Source: Macrostomum lignano (lineage: Eukaryota). From it: a DNA stretch of 64,000 nucleotides. Shown here piece after piece: positions 13,101 through 24,371 of this stretch. The notes beneath the pieces were generated by a model. That model was not told the DNA's origin and searched no databases. It worked only from the letters and a program-made list of their open reading frames with translations. A program made the position numbers and the translations under genes. Each line of letters begins with the position of its first letter. Within the stretch, counting starts at the first letter, position 1. The stretch is taken from NCBI GenBank assembly GCA_002269645.1, contig NIVC01001762.1, forward strand, positions 124,001 to 188,000, read 5' to 3'.

Positions 13101-14433
13101 AAGGTAAGAAATCCCAATGACTTCTATTTAAAACTTAAAAGTACCACGCGTACTTAAAAAGTCCGCCCAAACCCTCAGCGGCTCACTGATAAGCAGCTCA
13201 AACCCTCAGCTGCTCACTGATAAGCAGCTCAAACCCTCAGCTGCTCACTGATAAGCAGCTCAAACCCTCAGCTGCTCACTGATAAGCAGCTCAAACCCTC
13301 AGCTGCTCACTGATAAGCAGCTCAAACCCTCAGCTGCTCACTGATAAGCAGCTCAAACCCTCAGCTTCTCACTGATTCGACATGCCATTCGCCATCACAG
13401 GAGGAGCATGTGGTGGCCCCGGGCGGCCACGGCAAGTGCCTGCTGTGGGCCTGCAAGGCCTGCAAGAAGAAGACCATCACGGTGGACCGGCGCAAGGCCG
13501 CCACGATGCGCGAGCGCCGTCGGCTGCGCAAAGTCAACGACGCGTTCGAGGCGCTGAAACGTCGGACCAGCGCCAACCCGAGCCAGCGCATGCCCAAGGT
13601 GGAGATCCTGCGCCAGGCCATCGAGTACATCGAGTGCCTGGAGGACATGCTGCACCGGACTGGCAAGTCCGTGGCAAAAATCTCCTGCGACCTCGGCGGC
13701 GTCGGGCTGGACGTCGGCTACAAGTCGGGCAAACCCAAAGGCAAAGGCGGCGCCGAGGACTCCCTCGATGCCAGGATGGATCAGGATGGCGACGAGGATG
13801 ACGAGGATGATGAAGAAGAAGAAGACGAGGAGGATGTTGAAGAAGGCGGTGGCGATGCCTCACAGTGGAAGTCCCGGCGACACGACGCCTACATGTCCGT
13901 GGGTGAGTCTTTCAAAGTACTCGATGTCATGAAATTCGATGTCATGTGGGTTTATTTACGGTCCCTGGGTTTGAATCCCCCTCCATCGCAGCGACGTTAG
14001 TTAGTTAGGCGTGCAGGGGCACGCACTCAAACACGCGCTCACACAGGGTGCACAGCTGCCCCGACTTTCTAATCGACTTGCGTGAACTGTACAAGCCCTG
14101 AATGAATGTGACCACGCACAGATTCGAACCCGGGTCCTTCAGCGGCCAGAGTCGGACACGTTTTGCAGGGGGTTTATCGCGCGATTCAAGATTCCATGAG
14201 GACTGGAGTCGCCCCAGGGCACAGGGGGGTCTCAAGTAGCAACCCCGCATGCTTTCTTGGAAAATCAATTACGACACGTTACGACATTGGCGGCATTTCA
14301 AATTCCAGGCTTCGACTGCGGCGGCTCCGCGCCCGAGGAGGTGAGCAGCCTCGACCGGCTGAGCTCCATCGTTGAGAACATCTCGCCGAAGACCAATCCG
14401 ACCCTGCTCACCCACCTGGAGGCGGCCAACTGA
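10199..14433 (+). CDS. MyoD: Myogenic regulatory factor (MyoD/Myf5/nautilus family bHLH), 4 exons: 10199-10567, 12546-13103, 13401-13902, 14309-14433; 517 aa predicted
   Basis: Exon 3 encodes [24 protein letters not shown] (His/Cys region) and [28 protein letters not shown]...[20 protein letters not shown] (myogenic bHLH with Ala-Thr-Lys code). Exon 4 encodes [15 protein letters not shown] (helix III). All introns are GT-AG with matching phases 0/0/1. The first two exons are less certain than exons 3-4. Confidence 0.93.
10585..12530 (+). repeat. 22-23-bp minisatellite (CACCTGAGAGCCCACCCTCTCTT / CACCTGAGAATCTACCCTCACT)x~85 filling MyoD intron 1
   Basis: Occupies nearly all of intron 10568-12545. 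A variant block (tgaaagcc...) recurs at ~10727 and ~11347, indicating a ~620-bp higher-order duplication. Confidence 0.95.
13165..13378 (+). repeat. 32-bp minisatellite (AAACCCTCAGCTGCTCACTGATAAGCAGCTC-like)x~6.5 in MyoD intron 2
   Basis: Direct reading; ends ~20 bp before acceptor 13400. Confidence 0.93.
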
Positions 14434-14849
14434 CCCAAGCAGATGCGCTCTGACTCTCAACAATACTGAAATTTGATATTTTGGCCATTGCTGCAGTCTT
14501 CAGGTTGCAGGAATTCTTCCCTGTACATAACTGCAGTGCAATCTTTGAATAATTAATTTGCTATTCCCCTACACTCTCCTTCTTGATTAAACCCTACCAC
14601 CTGTGTACAGAGCCGCAGTGTGCCGGTTAGTTAATCGTAATTAATAAGTATTGATGAAGCATTATTGATTTCGTCTTCCTGTCTGACTCCGCGAAATTGA
14701 AAATATAACCTGTAAAACAAAACGCACCAACTGAAGGTGAACTGTAGCGATAAAAAAAAATTTATGCAATGAAATTCATTCATCCTATCTTTCTTTGTCT
14801 TTATTTAATTTTTAGATTCAGTTTTTTAAATATTAGACTCAGTGTAAAA

Positions 14850-15510
14850 CGCCTGAGGCACTAAAATCTTGGATGAGGGGCTAAAATATTGCCTGAGGCG
14901 CTAAAATCTTGGCTGAAGCGCTAAAATGACGGTAAAATCTTTCCTGAGGCACTAAAATCTTTCCTGAGGCGCTAAAATCTTTCTTGAGGCACTAAAATAT
15001 TGGCTGAGGCGCTAAAATCTTTCCTGAGGCACTAAAATCTTTCCTGAGGCACTAAAATCTTTCCTGAGGCGCTAAAATCTTTCCTGAGGCACTAAAATCT
15101 TTCCTGAGGCGCTAAAATCTTTCCTGAGGCACTAAAATCTTGGCTGAGGCACTAAAATCAAAGCTGAGGCGCTAAAATCTTGGCTGAGGCGCTAAAATCT
15201 TGGCTGAGGCGCTAAAATCTTGGCTGAGGCGCTAAAATCTAGGCTGAGGCGCTAAAAGCATGGCTGAGGCGCTAAAATCTAGGCTGAGGCGCTAAAAGCA
15301 TGGCTGAGGCGCTAAAATGGGGCTAAAATCTTGGCTGAGGCGCTAAAATCAAAGCTGAGGCGCTAAAATCTTGGCTGAGGCGCTAAAAGCATGGCTGAGG
15401 CGCTAAAATGGGGCTAAAATCTTGGCTGAGGCGCTAAAATCAAAGCTGAGGCGCTAAAATCTTGGCTGCGGCGCTAAAAGCATGGCTGAGGCCGCTTAAT
15501 GGGGGCCTAA
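14850..15510. repeat. 20-bp minisatellite (GCGCTAAAATCTTGGCTGAG / GCACTAAAATCTTTCCTGAG)
   Basis: Direct reading; variant types are polarised along the array. Confidence 0.92.
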
Positions 15511-16018
15511 ATCTAGCATAACGCGCGCTTATCGCCCAACAAGGGTAGTTGCCTTGGCGTGAAATCAAAGCCGGCCCCAAACCCAAAGTGTCCACAAAAA
15601 ATTTTTAAACTACTCGAAGGATTAATAAAAAAGGCGGCCGTGGCGCTGAAATCCCATTGAAATCCCAGTGTTTGCAGTTGACACCTGAGCCAGTCCAGCC
15701 GAGTGGTCCCAGTAGCCATGGACACAAGTCTTAGCAATAGAAGTTAAAGGACCAGCGGACTCGAAGGCGGGTTACTTAAGAACCGCCAACCGCTTAATGC
15801 GACACCTGATAGTTAAACAACAGCTTAGCAGAGTGAAAGATAGGCTGTGCGGGACAATCTGATAGCTGAAGTGGCAGCCACTTGTCCCACAGATCGGCTT
15901 GCAAGGTCGCCCACCCCCACCTCTCACCGCCCCCCTGCTGTGTTATCGTATTGACAAAATCGCCACAGCCATTTATCTCAGGCTCATTAGCACCGCCCCA
16001 CCTTCCAGCCCAGCTCGT

Positions 16019-19000
16019 GCGCAGCGGGTCGCCCGCGATCTCCCCGCGATCTCCTTGCCGAGCTTCAAGCGCGCAAAAAACTGAGATTGGGATATTTTCC
16101 CTCTTTGAATTCTTCCCGATGCTCGCAGCGGGAGTCGCGAGCGCTCGCGGATCCCCGCCTTCTCCGCCTCCCACCCAAACAAGCGATTTGCGGATTGTCA
16201 ATTATGCAAATTCGAACTGCCATAAAACAGATATTTTATCTCGATTGTCCCCGCAGCGAATTCCTGGGATAAAACTCCCACCAACACCCCGACCTGTGCG
16301 GCAGGCGGCTCCCAAAGCCGATCGGTGCGGCGCTTCCCCTGCGGCTCGCGCAGTGGGGAAGGGAAGACAGGAGAGCTCAGCGGGAGTCCCGAATTTCGGG
16401 TGCGCCTGCGGCACTCGGCCTTGGATGGGACTGGGGGTCAGGGGGCTCTGGCTGGGCGAGTGGTGACTGCAGAAACCGGAAACTGCAGGGGTTGGAACTC
16501 CTGCTTACTGCTGCCACCCCATTAATCCCTGCCACCCTCGCTAATCCCTGCCACCCTCGCTAATCCCTGCCACCCTCGCTAATCCCTGCCACCCCCGCTA
16601 ATCCCTGCCCCCCACTAATCCCTGCCCCCCCCGCTAATCCATGCCACCCCTCTAATCCCTGCCCCCCCGCTAATCCATGCCACCCCCTCTAATCCCTGCC
16701 CCCGCTAATCCTTGCCCCCCGCTAATCCCTGCCCCCCCGCTAATCCATGCCACCCCCTCTAATCCCTGCCACCTCCGCTAATCTCTGCGACCTCCGCTAA
16801 TCCCCGCCATCCCAGCTAATCACTGCCACCCCCGATAATCTCTCTCACCCCGCTAATCACCCTCCACCATGCAGTCGCCTACTACTCTTAATAAACTATT
16901 CTGATTATTGCCATTGAGTGCCAGCCTGTTTCCTGGCTGCCAGCATGCGGGCTGACACCGATCTCTCAAGCCTTTAATTGAACTCGAAAGCTCGAACTCG
17001 AAGATTCGAATCTCCCGCCCGATTTTTTCCGAGCCCCGGCCAGCCGCTGTAAATCAATGCCGCTCAGCCGCTGCCGCATCCCCAGATCCCGCAGCTCCAG
17101 CATCCCTAGCGCCTCATCTCCTCTCCGCAGCCTCCCAGCCAGCCAGTGCAGCGGTCTGAACTGTTGCGCCATTCGAAGCTCGCGTCACCTTCGCCGTCTC
17201 CGCCCGGATACTCGGCACCTCGGCAAGCGAATAACAGCTGATCCCCATGCCTGATAATTGGATAATTGGCCTCTGTTTACCTTGGCCGGCTTGGCAGGGT
17301 GGGGGTCCCTGACCACTGCCCTTCGGCACTTGGAACCGACTGCCTCTCACTTTGTCGTCTTGCTTAAACTTTCACCGTAGGGATTTATTCTAGTCCAAAA
17401 ATGTTGTCTCCATGGACACGAGCACAAAGTCTGTTCAGATTCTGTACAGAGGCTGGATGTTAAAGTGCAGTCTCTGAATTGCAATCTCGGCTTTGGTCTT
17501 TCTCCCAAGGCGCAGTGAAATGTACAAGCCTGAAAAAATAAAGTTAGGTTAAGTTAAGTTAAGTTAAAATAAAGTATCCGCGCGCTTGTGTGCCTGCTCA
17601 GGGGAGTCGGCGGAATGGGCAGTAATGCCTCTCGCCGGTTTTGTGACAATTTCGCTTGAAATGCGCCAGGGTGCACGAAGCCACTCGCCCTAACTTTGAA
17701 AACCCAGAGACACTGCCCTCCCATTGTCTGACTGTCCCTGTGTCAGCCGCAGCTCATAAAAAATAAAAAAGCGGGCATCAGGGCAGTCGGCAGGCAATCA
17801 AAAAGCATTGCCATGTGGGAAGACAATTTGATTTGGGTTATTTTCTAAGGCTGTGGCCATGGCGCAGTCAGCAAAAGACGATTCTGTTGGCTCTTTGTAC
17901 GCGCAGGCGGCTGCTGTTGTTTTCCTTTCCCGTGTTGCAGAAATTGCTTCATGGGAAAGAAGACTGTCTGGAGCGGCTGACAGGGGAGGGCGGCGCTGAT
18001 TGAGTTTGCTGGGAAGCAGACATCCAGACTCCACCTCGCCTCATATCGATTTTTGACACTTCCAATCAGCGAAATGATTGATTGACAGCCTCCAGTCAGC
18101 ACAGACCCATTTGCTTGCAGTAACAATGAAATGAGTGACCTGCTTTGAATTAATGAAATTCACAATATTCACTTCTTGCAGCTTTTAAGCAAGACGACAA
18201 AGTGAGAGGCAGTCGGTTCCAAGTGCCGAAGGGCAGTGGTCAGGGACCCCCACCCTGCCAAGCCGGCCAAGGTAAACAGAGGCCAATTATCCAATTATCA
18301 GGCATGGGGATCAGCTGTTATTCGCTTGCCGAGGTGCCGCACCGCGGCTCCCAGCGAGTATCCGGGCGGAGACGGCGACGGTGACGCGAGCTTTGAATAG
18401 CGCAACAGTTCAGACCGCTGCACTGGCTGGCTGGGAGGCTGCGGAGAGGAGATGAGGCGCTAGGGATGCTGGAGCTGCGGGATCTGGGGATGCGGCAGCG
18501 GCTGAGCGGCATTGATTTACAGCGGCTGGCCGGGGCTCGGACAAAATCGGGCGGGAGATTCGAATCTTCGAGTTCGAGCTTTCGAGTTCGATTAACGGCT
18601 TGAGAGATCGGCGTCAGCCCGCATGCTGGCAGCCAGGAAACAGCCGAGGACTCAAAAGCAATAATCAGAATAGTTTATTAACACTACAAGGCGACTGCAA
18701 GGTGGAGGGTGACAAGCGAAGTGAGAGGGATTATCAGGGGTGGCAGGGATTAGCGGAGGTGGCATGGATTAGCGGGGGGCAGGGATTAGCGGAGGTGGCA
18801 GGGATTAGCGGGGGTGGCAGGGATTAGCGGGGGTGGCAGGGATTAGCGGGGGTGGCAGGGATTAGCGGGGGGCAGGGATTAGTGGGGTGGCAGGGATTAG
18901 TGGGGTGGCAGCAGTAAGCAGGAGATCCAACCCCTGCAGTTTCCGGTTTCTGCAGTCACCACTCGCCCAGCCAGAGCCCCCTGACCCTCAGTCAGTCCCA

Positions 19001-19410
19001 TCCAAGGCCGAGTGCCGCAGGCGCACCCGAAATTCGGGACTCCCGCTGAGCTCTCCTGTCTTCCCTTTCCTCACTGCGCGAGCCGCAGGGGAAGCGCCGC
19101 ACCGATCGGCTTTGGGAGCCGCCTGCCGCACAGGTCGCGGTGTTGGTGGGAGTTTTATCCCAGGAATTCGCTGCGGGGACAATCGAGATAAAATATCAGT
19201 GTTGTGGCAGTTCGAATTTGCATAATTGACAATCCGCAACTCGCTCGCTCGGGTGGGAGGCGGAGAAGGCGGGGATCCGCGAGAGCTCGCGACTCCCGCT
19301 GCGAGCATCGGGAAGAATTCAAAGAGGGAAAATATCCCAATCTCGTGGTTTTTTGCGCAGATGAAGCTAGGCAAGGAGGTCGCGAGGAGATCGCGGGCGA
19401 CCCGCTGCGC
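16019..19410. mobile_element. Foldback-like long inverted repeat 2: arms 16019-17368 and 18184-19410, spacer 17369-18183
   Basis: ...ctttgtcgtcttgcttaaa (17368) vs tttaagcaagacgacaaag (18184). ORFs 17114-17350(-) and 18202-18384(+) share their first 46 codons. Each arm holds a ~19-bp ctaatccctgccacccccg array (16520-16865; 18720-18910 inverted). Transposon origin is not demonstrated. Confidence 0.8.
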
Positions 19411-19514
19411 CTCGTTGCAGCTCACGGACGGAGACAATGACCCGTGGCGCTTGGAGGATTTCAGTTCCGACACCTCTTATCTCATCCTTTGCATTGGATT
19501 GACTCCAAAGTCTG

Positions 19515-19670
19515 CTAATGCTCTGCCTCTCACCCTCCCATCTGCTCCACCTCGCCTGTCTCCCTCTCACCTTGCAGTCTCTCTCTCACCAGCCAGTCTC
19601 CCTCTCACCTTGCAGTCTCTCTCTCACCAGCCAGTCTCCCTCTCACCTTACAGTCTCCCTCTCACCTCAA
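19515..19670. repeat. Short CT-rich ~38-bp tandem duplication (CTCTCTCACCAGCCAGTCTCCCTCTCACCTTGCAGT-like)
   Basis: Two to three degenerate copies. Confidence 0.7.
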
Positions 19671-21025
19671 TACAATAGGCGAAATACAGCAAATTCTACT
19701 TGCAGTGGTAACAGTTGATTTTTGAGACTTTTTGAGAATAAATTCATATAATCGATGGAAATAGAACCCATTATCATGAAATCATGAAATTCACAATTGT
19801 CCCATTCCACACTTAATTACCAATAAAAAGGTGCGCCAAACAATTAAAAGTTTATAAAGTCATAAATACCTGTAAAACTGTGCACAGTCAAACTTGTATA
19901 GGCAGTTTAATGTGTAAAAATTAGTTTTCCAGGTAAAACATGAATATGTCAGTTTCTGTTCAAACGTAAAATACTCGTAATTTAGCGGCAGGGAGCCCTC
20001 TTATCATGACCGATGGTTGTCAACTCCGATTGGCCAATCACTCTGTCAACTCTGGCTGACAGGCTGCATGAAATCACATGACAGGTTTAGCAAGTTCCTA
20101 GAAAACAGCCGAGGTCAGGGTCAATTAATGTCACTGTAATCAGGGTCTGTCATCGGGCAGAAGAGATCCCAGACGGTTCGCCAACCCCTCACCCTGTCAG
20201 CCTGCAATTTCTGCAACACGGGAAAGGAAAACAACAACATTCCGTCCAGACCGACAGTCGTCCCGGCCGCCTGCGCGCACAAAGAGCCAACAAAGAGCGC
20301 GGGAGATCTTCAACTGCGCCCTTCGGAATCGAATTGCTCCTCTGCATGATGGGGAGATGTATTGGGCTGGCCAATGACAGGCGCAGGTGCAGTGAGGCTC
20401 ATGCAGGCCTCGAATATTCCGCTTGCCTCTGCCGCTTCCCCGAAATCGGAAATATCCTCAGTCATTGCCGTGTTCCCCTGCACGCGATGTTTTTTTGCAA
20501 GAGCTCATGCGGACATTCAAGTGGCGGAGAGCATCCACTGCTTCACTGACTGCTCGCTGTTCAACAGCCGCGCTTGAACGGGTATCACCATCTTCCGCGA
20601 GAGTAAGACGCTTTTCCAAGCCGAAATCTGCGCCATTGAGCAGTGTGACCATGCAGCACCTGCTACAGACGAATATTAGAAATTGAAGCCTTAACTCACC
20701 GTCCAAATTTCCACTGCAACTGTATCACAATGCTACCGCAATGTGCAACCGTTTTCAGTCCTTAGTAGGAGTAGAAGCATCTGGACACCAACGAGGTCGC
20801 GGGTTATCTCACCAAGTCACCCCCACATATCAAAAGTTGGCTCCACCAGCAGCACCAGCTCCATTGCAAGTTGCACAGACTACAGGCAGACCCGCTCTGC
20901 GATGCCAAACTGAACAGAAAAGTCTCTGAATATCTCACTTAAAAGGACTAAACTCAGAGGGAGATGTGCGAATGTACCATCCGGCCGTGGATTCTTCCAG
21001 TGCAATACAGTGTATTTCTAGTGTA

Positions 21026-21820
21026 AAGAGGGGTTGTAGCCTAGTAGAGGGGGTTTTAGCCTAGTAGAGGGGGTTTTAGCCTAGTAGAGGGGTTGTAGCC
21101 TAGTAGAGGGGGTTGTAGTCTAGTAGAAAGGGTTTTAGCCTAGTAGAGGGGGTTGTAGCCTAGTAGAGGGGTTGTGGCCTAGTAGAGGGGTTAGCCTAGT
21201 AGAGGGGTTGTAGCCTAGTAGAGGGTTTGTAGCCTAGTAGAGGGTTTGTAGCCTAGTAGAGGGGTTGTAGCCTAGTAGAGGGGTTGTAGCCTAGTAGAGG
21301 GGTTGTAGCCTAGTAGAGGGGTTGTAGCCTAGTAGAGGGGTTGTAGCCTAGTAGAGGGGTTGTAGCCTAGTAGAGGGGTTGTAGCCTAGTAGAGGGGTTG
21401 TAGCCTAGTAGAGGGGTTGTAGCCTAGTAGAGGGGTTGTAGCCTAGTAGAGGGGTTGTAGCCTAGTAGAGGGGTTGTAGCCTAGTAGAGGGGTTGTAGCC
21501 TAGTAGAGGGGTTGTAGCCTAGTAGAGGGGTTGTAGCCTAGTAGAGGGGTTGTAGCCTAGTAGAGGGGTTGTAGCCTAGTAGAGGGGTTGTAGCCTAGTA
21601 GAGGGGGTTGTAGCCTAGTAGAAAGGGTTGTAGCCTAGTAGAGGGGGTTTTAGCCTAGTAGAGGGGGTTGTAGCCTAGTAGAGGGGGTTGTAGTCTAGTG
21701 GAGGGGGTTTTAGCCTAGTAGAGGGGGTTGTAGTCTAGTAGAAAGGGTTTTAGCCTAGTAGAGGGGGTTTTAGCCTAGTAGAAATTAGGGTTTTAGCCTA
21801 GTAGAGGGGTTATAGCCTAG
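21026..21820 (+). repeat. ~19-bp minisatellite (GGGGTTGTAGCCTAGTAGA)x~40 equal to the 5' head of the adjacent SINE
   Basis: Unit matches SINE start ggggttatagcctagtgg (21806) and copy-2 head ggggttgtagc. Confidence 0.93.
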
Positions 21821-22140
21821 TGGTTAGAGCGTTGGATTCACGAATTGAAGGTCGGGGGTTCGATTCCCGATCTCACTGGAACAATTTGTCCTTGAGCAAG
21901 ACACTTAACTCTGCATTGCTTCAGTTCACCCAGCTGTAAAATGGGTGCCAGCATTAGCTGGGGTAATTGAGGATGTGTGGCGACCCGGCCCCAGTCCTCG
22001 GACTGAACAGCCGTACGCAGCCTTCAGATGCGCCGCGCAATTATAGCTATAGCTGCGGCTGAGCTGTCGGTTGCACACCTGGTCCAATTGGGGCAGGTGT
22101 AATCAATTATAAATATTATTAATACTATTATTATTATTAG
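21806..22140 (+). mobile_element. tRNA-derived CORE-type SINE, copy 1
   Basis: A box TAGCCTAGTGG, B box GGTTCGATTCC, then gtccttgagcaagacacttaactc...cagttcacccagctgtaaaatggg resembling the MIR/CORE domain; (ATT)n tail; second copy at 44857-45162. Confidence 0.85.
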
Positions 22141-22645
22141 TGTATCGATAGTTTCAAACTGGTTGCCCTCCCACCTGTCTTTGCTGTGGCATAGGAGAGG
22201 AGACCGCGCGAAGCATCACATTCGCCCTGCCATTACTTCAATAAGGCCCGGCACAAACACCTCGGCCACCCCCTCGGTGAATGGACGAGCTGGTCAATTC
22301 GGACAACATCCGTGATCTAGCCTTCGTCCAAGATACAGACCGAATGAAGGTCGCCAATGCCTCCTCTGCGAACCTGCTGACTACTGGCGGTGGCTGGGCG
22401 CACCACAGGGTTAAACCTTGGGGGGTTGCGATAGGGGCCTCGCGGCGGCATAATCGCGGAACCTGCACCACCCCGCCAGTAAGTACGCTCGTAGATTTAG
22501 GTACATCTACGCCAGTAAGTATCCCCTGGCGGATCCAGAGGGTAGGGTCAAGGGGGTGGGCTGACCTCCCACCCAAGAAAATTAGGGGGGGGGGCTCGAC
22601 TCTCCTCGGAAACAAAATTTTAGGCTTGCCCTTTCGTAGTTAAGA

Positions 22646-22708
22646 GCAGTGGCGGATCCAGGGGGTCCATGACCCCCCCCCCCCAGAAAATCCTGGATCC
22701 GCCACTGC
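22646..22708. mobile_element. 63-bp hairpin element with perfect 17-bp inverted ends GCAGTGGCGGATCCAGG...CCTGGATCCGCCACTGC (mini-MITE-like)
   Basis: Perfect TIR and internal ggggtc-cat-gacccc stem; related partial end at ~22527. No TSD found. Confidence 0.6.
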
Positions 22709-22754
22709 ATGGCCGCATCTTCAGATTCATCAGCTCTCACGCCAATTGCTTGCA

Positions 22755-22972
22755 TCATCCCCTGCCGGCCCAGCATCCCTGGCACCTCATCTCCTCTCCG
22801 CAGCCTCCCAGCCAGCCAGTGCAGCGGTCTGACAAGCCATTCGAAGCTCGCGTCACCGTCGCCGTCTCCGCCCGGATACTCGCTGGGAGCCGCGGTGCGG
22901 CACCTCGGCAAGCGAATAACAGCAGCTGATCCCCATGCCTGATAATTGGATAATTGTCCTCTGCTTACCAAT
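22755..22972 (+). repeat. Third, dispersed copy of an internal segment of the inverted-repeat-2 arm
   Basis: cctcatctcctctccgcagcctcccagccagccagtgcagcggtctga...gcctgataattggataattg matches ~17095-17280; it retains gctgggagccgcggtgc, which is present in the right arm but deleted in the left arm. Confidence 0.85.
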
Positions 22973-23469
22973 TGGCGCGGGCTTTCCTCAATGGCTCCCA
23001 TAGCGACGGCAGACTGACTGAATCGCTGTTTATAAAAATAAACCAGCAAACAGTTTATAGATGATTGAACTGCTAAGTGAGCGACCAAAACGTCATATTC
23101 GAATCGAACCCGGGGTGCTACTGCCAGGACACCACCCGGGTCATTTCTTTGCCCGCCATGCCAGCTTTTCGAGCTACACTCCATACTTTCTACTCATGAG
23201 TAGTCGAACTTTAGCATTATGTTCTTGCTACTCTTTAGTTCAGGCTAAGGCGATCTCTTGTACATGCAATAAAATCCCCTCAGTTCTGTCGTCTGGATAA
23301 ATCCCCAAAAGTGTAAATTAGCTGCCTTTACTTGGCATCGTGTTTAGCGGTTAGAAGTCAAAGAAAGGTGTCAGGAACGGGTCAGGTGCCAGTCCTGTGA
23401 GCTGTTGGCTGCGTTGCCAGCAGCCGGAGGGCTCAGGAGAATCTGAAGTTTGGTGATTCATGGCTGTGG

Positions 23470-23630
23470 GGGGTCAGGTTTGAGATGTCAGGAGCCAGAA
23501 TTTGGATGTCAGAGTGAGATGTAAAATGTCAGGGGTCAGGTTTGAGATGTCAGAGGTTAGGTTTGAGATGTCAGGGGTCAGGTTTGAGATGTAATGGGAC
23601 AGGTTTGGGATGTCAGGAGTCAGGGTTGGG
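23470..23630. repeat. 20-bp degenerate minisatellite (TCAGGTTTGAGATGTCAGGG)
   Basis: Direct reading. Confidence 0.8.
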
Positions 23631-24049
23631 ATATCAGTCGTGTCAGTCACATATAGATGTCAGAGTTGTCAGGATAATGCTTGTCAGGTGAGGGTAGGTG
23701 ATGCCAGGTAGTCAGGGCATAATATTTGTAAAGTGATTTAGAAGACGGGGTAGAAAAGAATTATTTAATTTCTTGACATGAAAGCAGTGAAACACTTAAT
23801 AAAAATAGAATAGATTTCGTATATTTGCTATACGCTAATTTGCAAACTCCACATAAAACATTGGATCAGATATTAAAAAGCGCAAAAGACGAGTCGCGCA
23901 TTCCTTGCCGACACAGCAGCATACAGCTGGCATGGGATGGGCGCGTGCTGTGCTCATATCTGATCTGGCAGCCTTCTGACTGACTGTACAAGGGGAAAGA
24001 CAAGCAAAGATTACTGGGGAAGGTCTCTCCTGTGAGTGCTTGACGAGGC

Positions 24050-24061
24050 AGGCAGACAGAC

Positions 24062-24150
<89 letters not shown>

Positions 24151-24191
24151 TAAACAGACAGACAGACACAGACACAGACACACAGCAAGCC

Positions 24192-24278
<87 letters not shown>

Positions 24279-24327
24279 TAAACAGACAGACAGACAGACA
24301 GACACAGACACAGACACACAGCAAGCC

Positions 24328-24364
<37 letters not shown>

Positions 24365-24365
24365 G
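24050..24365. repeat. (GACA)n microsatellite with ~136-bp internal duplication
   Basis: cacagcaagcc interruption at 24181 and 24317. Confidence 0.93.
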
Positions 24366-24371
24366 GCTCCG

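Noticed and set aside
21806-21880. tRNA gene (apparent CAC loop)
   Set aside because: Acceptor and anticodon stems do not pair, it continues into a CORE domain and ATT tail, and it has a diverged second copy: a SINE head, not a tRNA.
22238-22643. ORFs after SINE copy 1 as a retroelement fragment
   Set aside because: No reverse transcriptase or endonuclease motifs recognisable in any frame provided.
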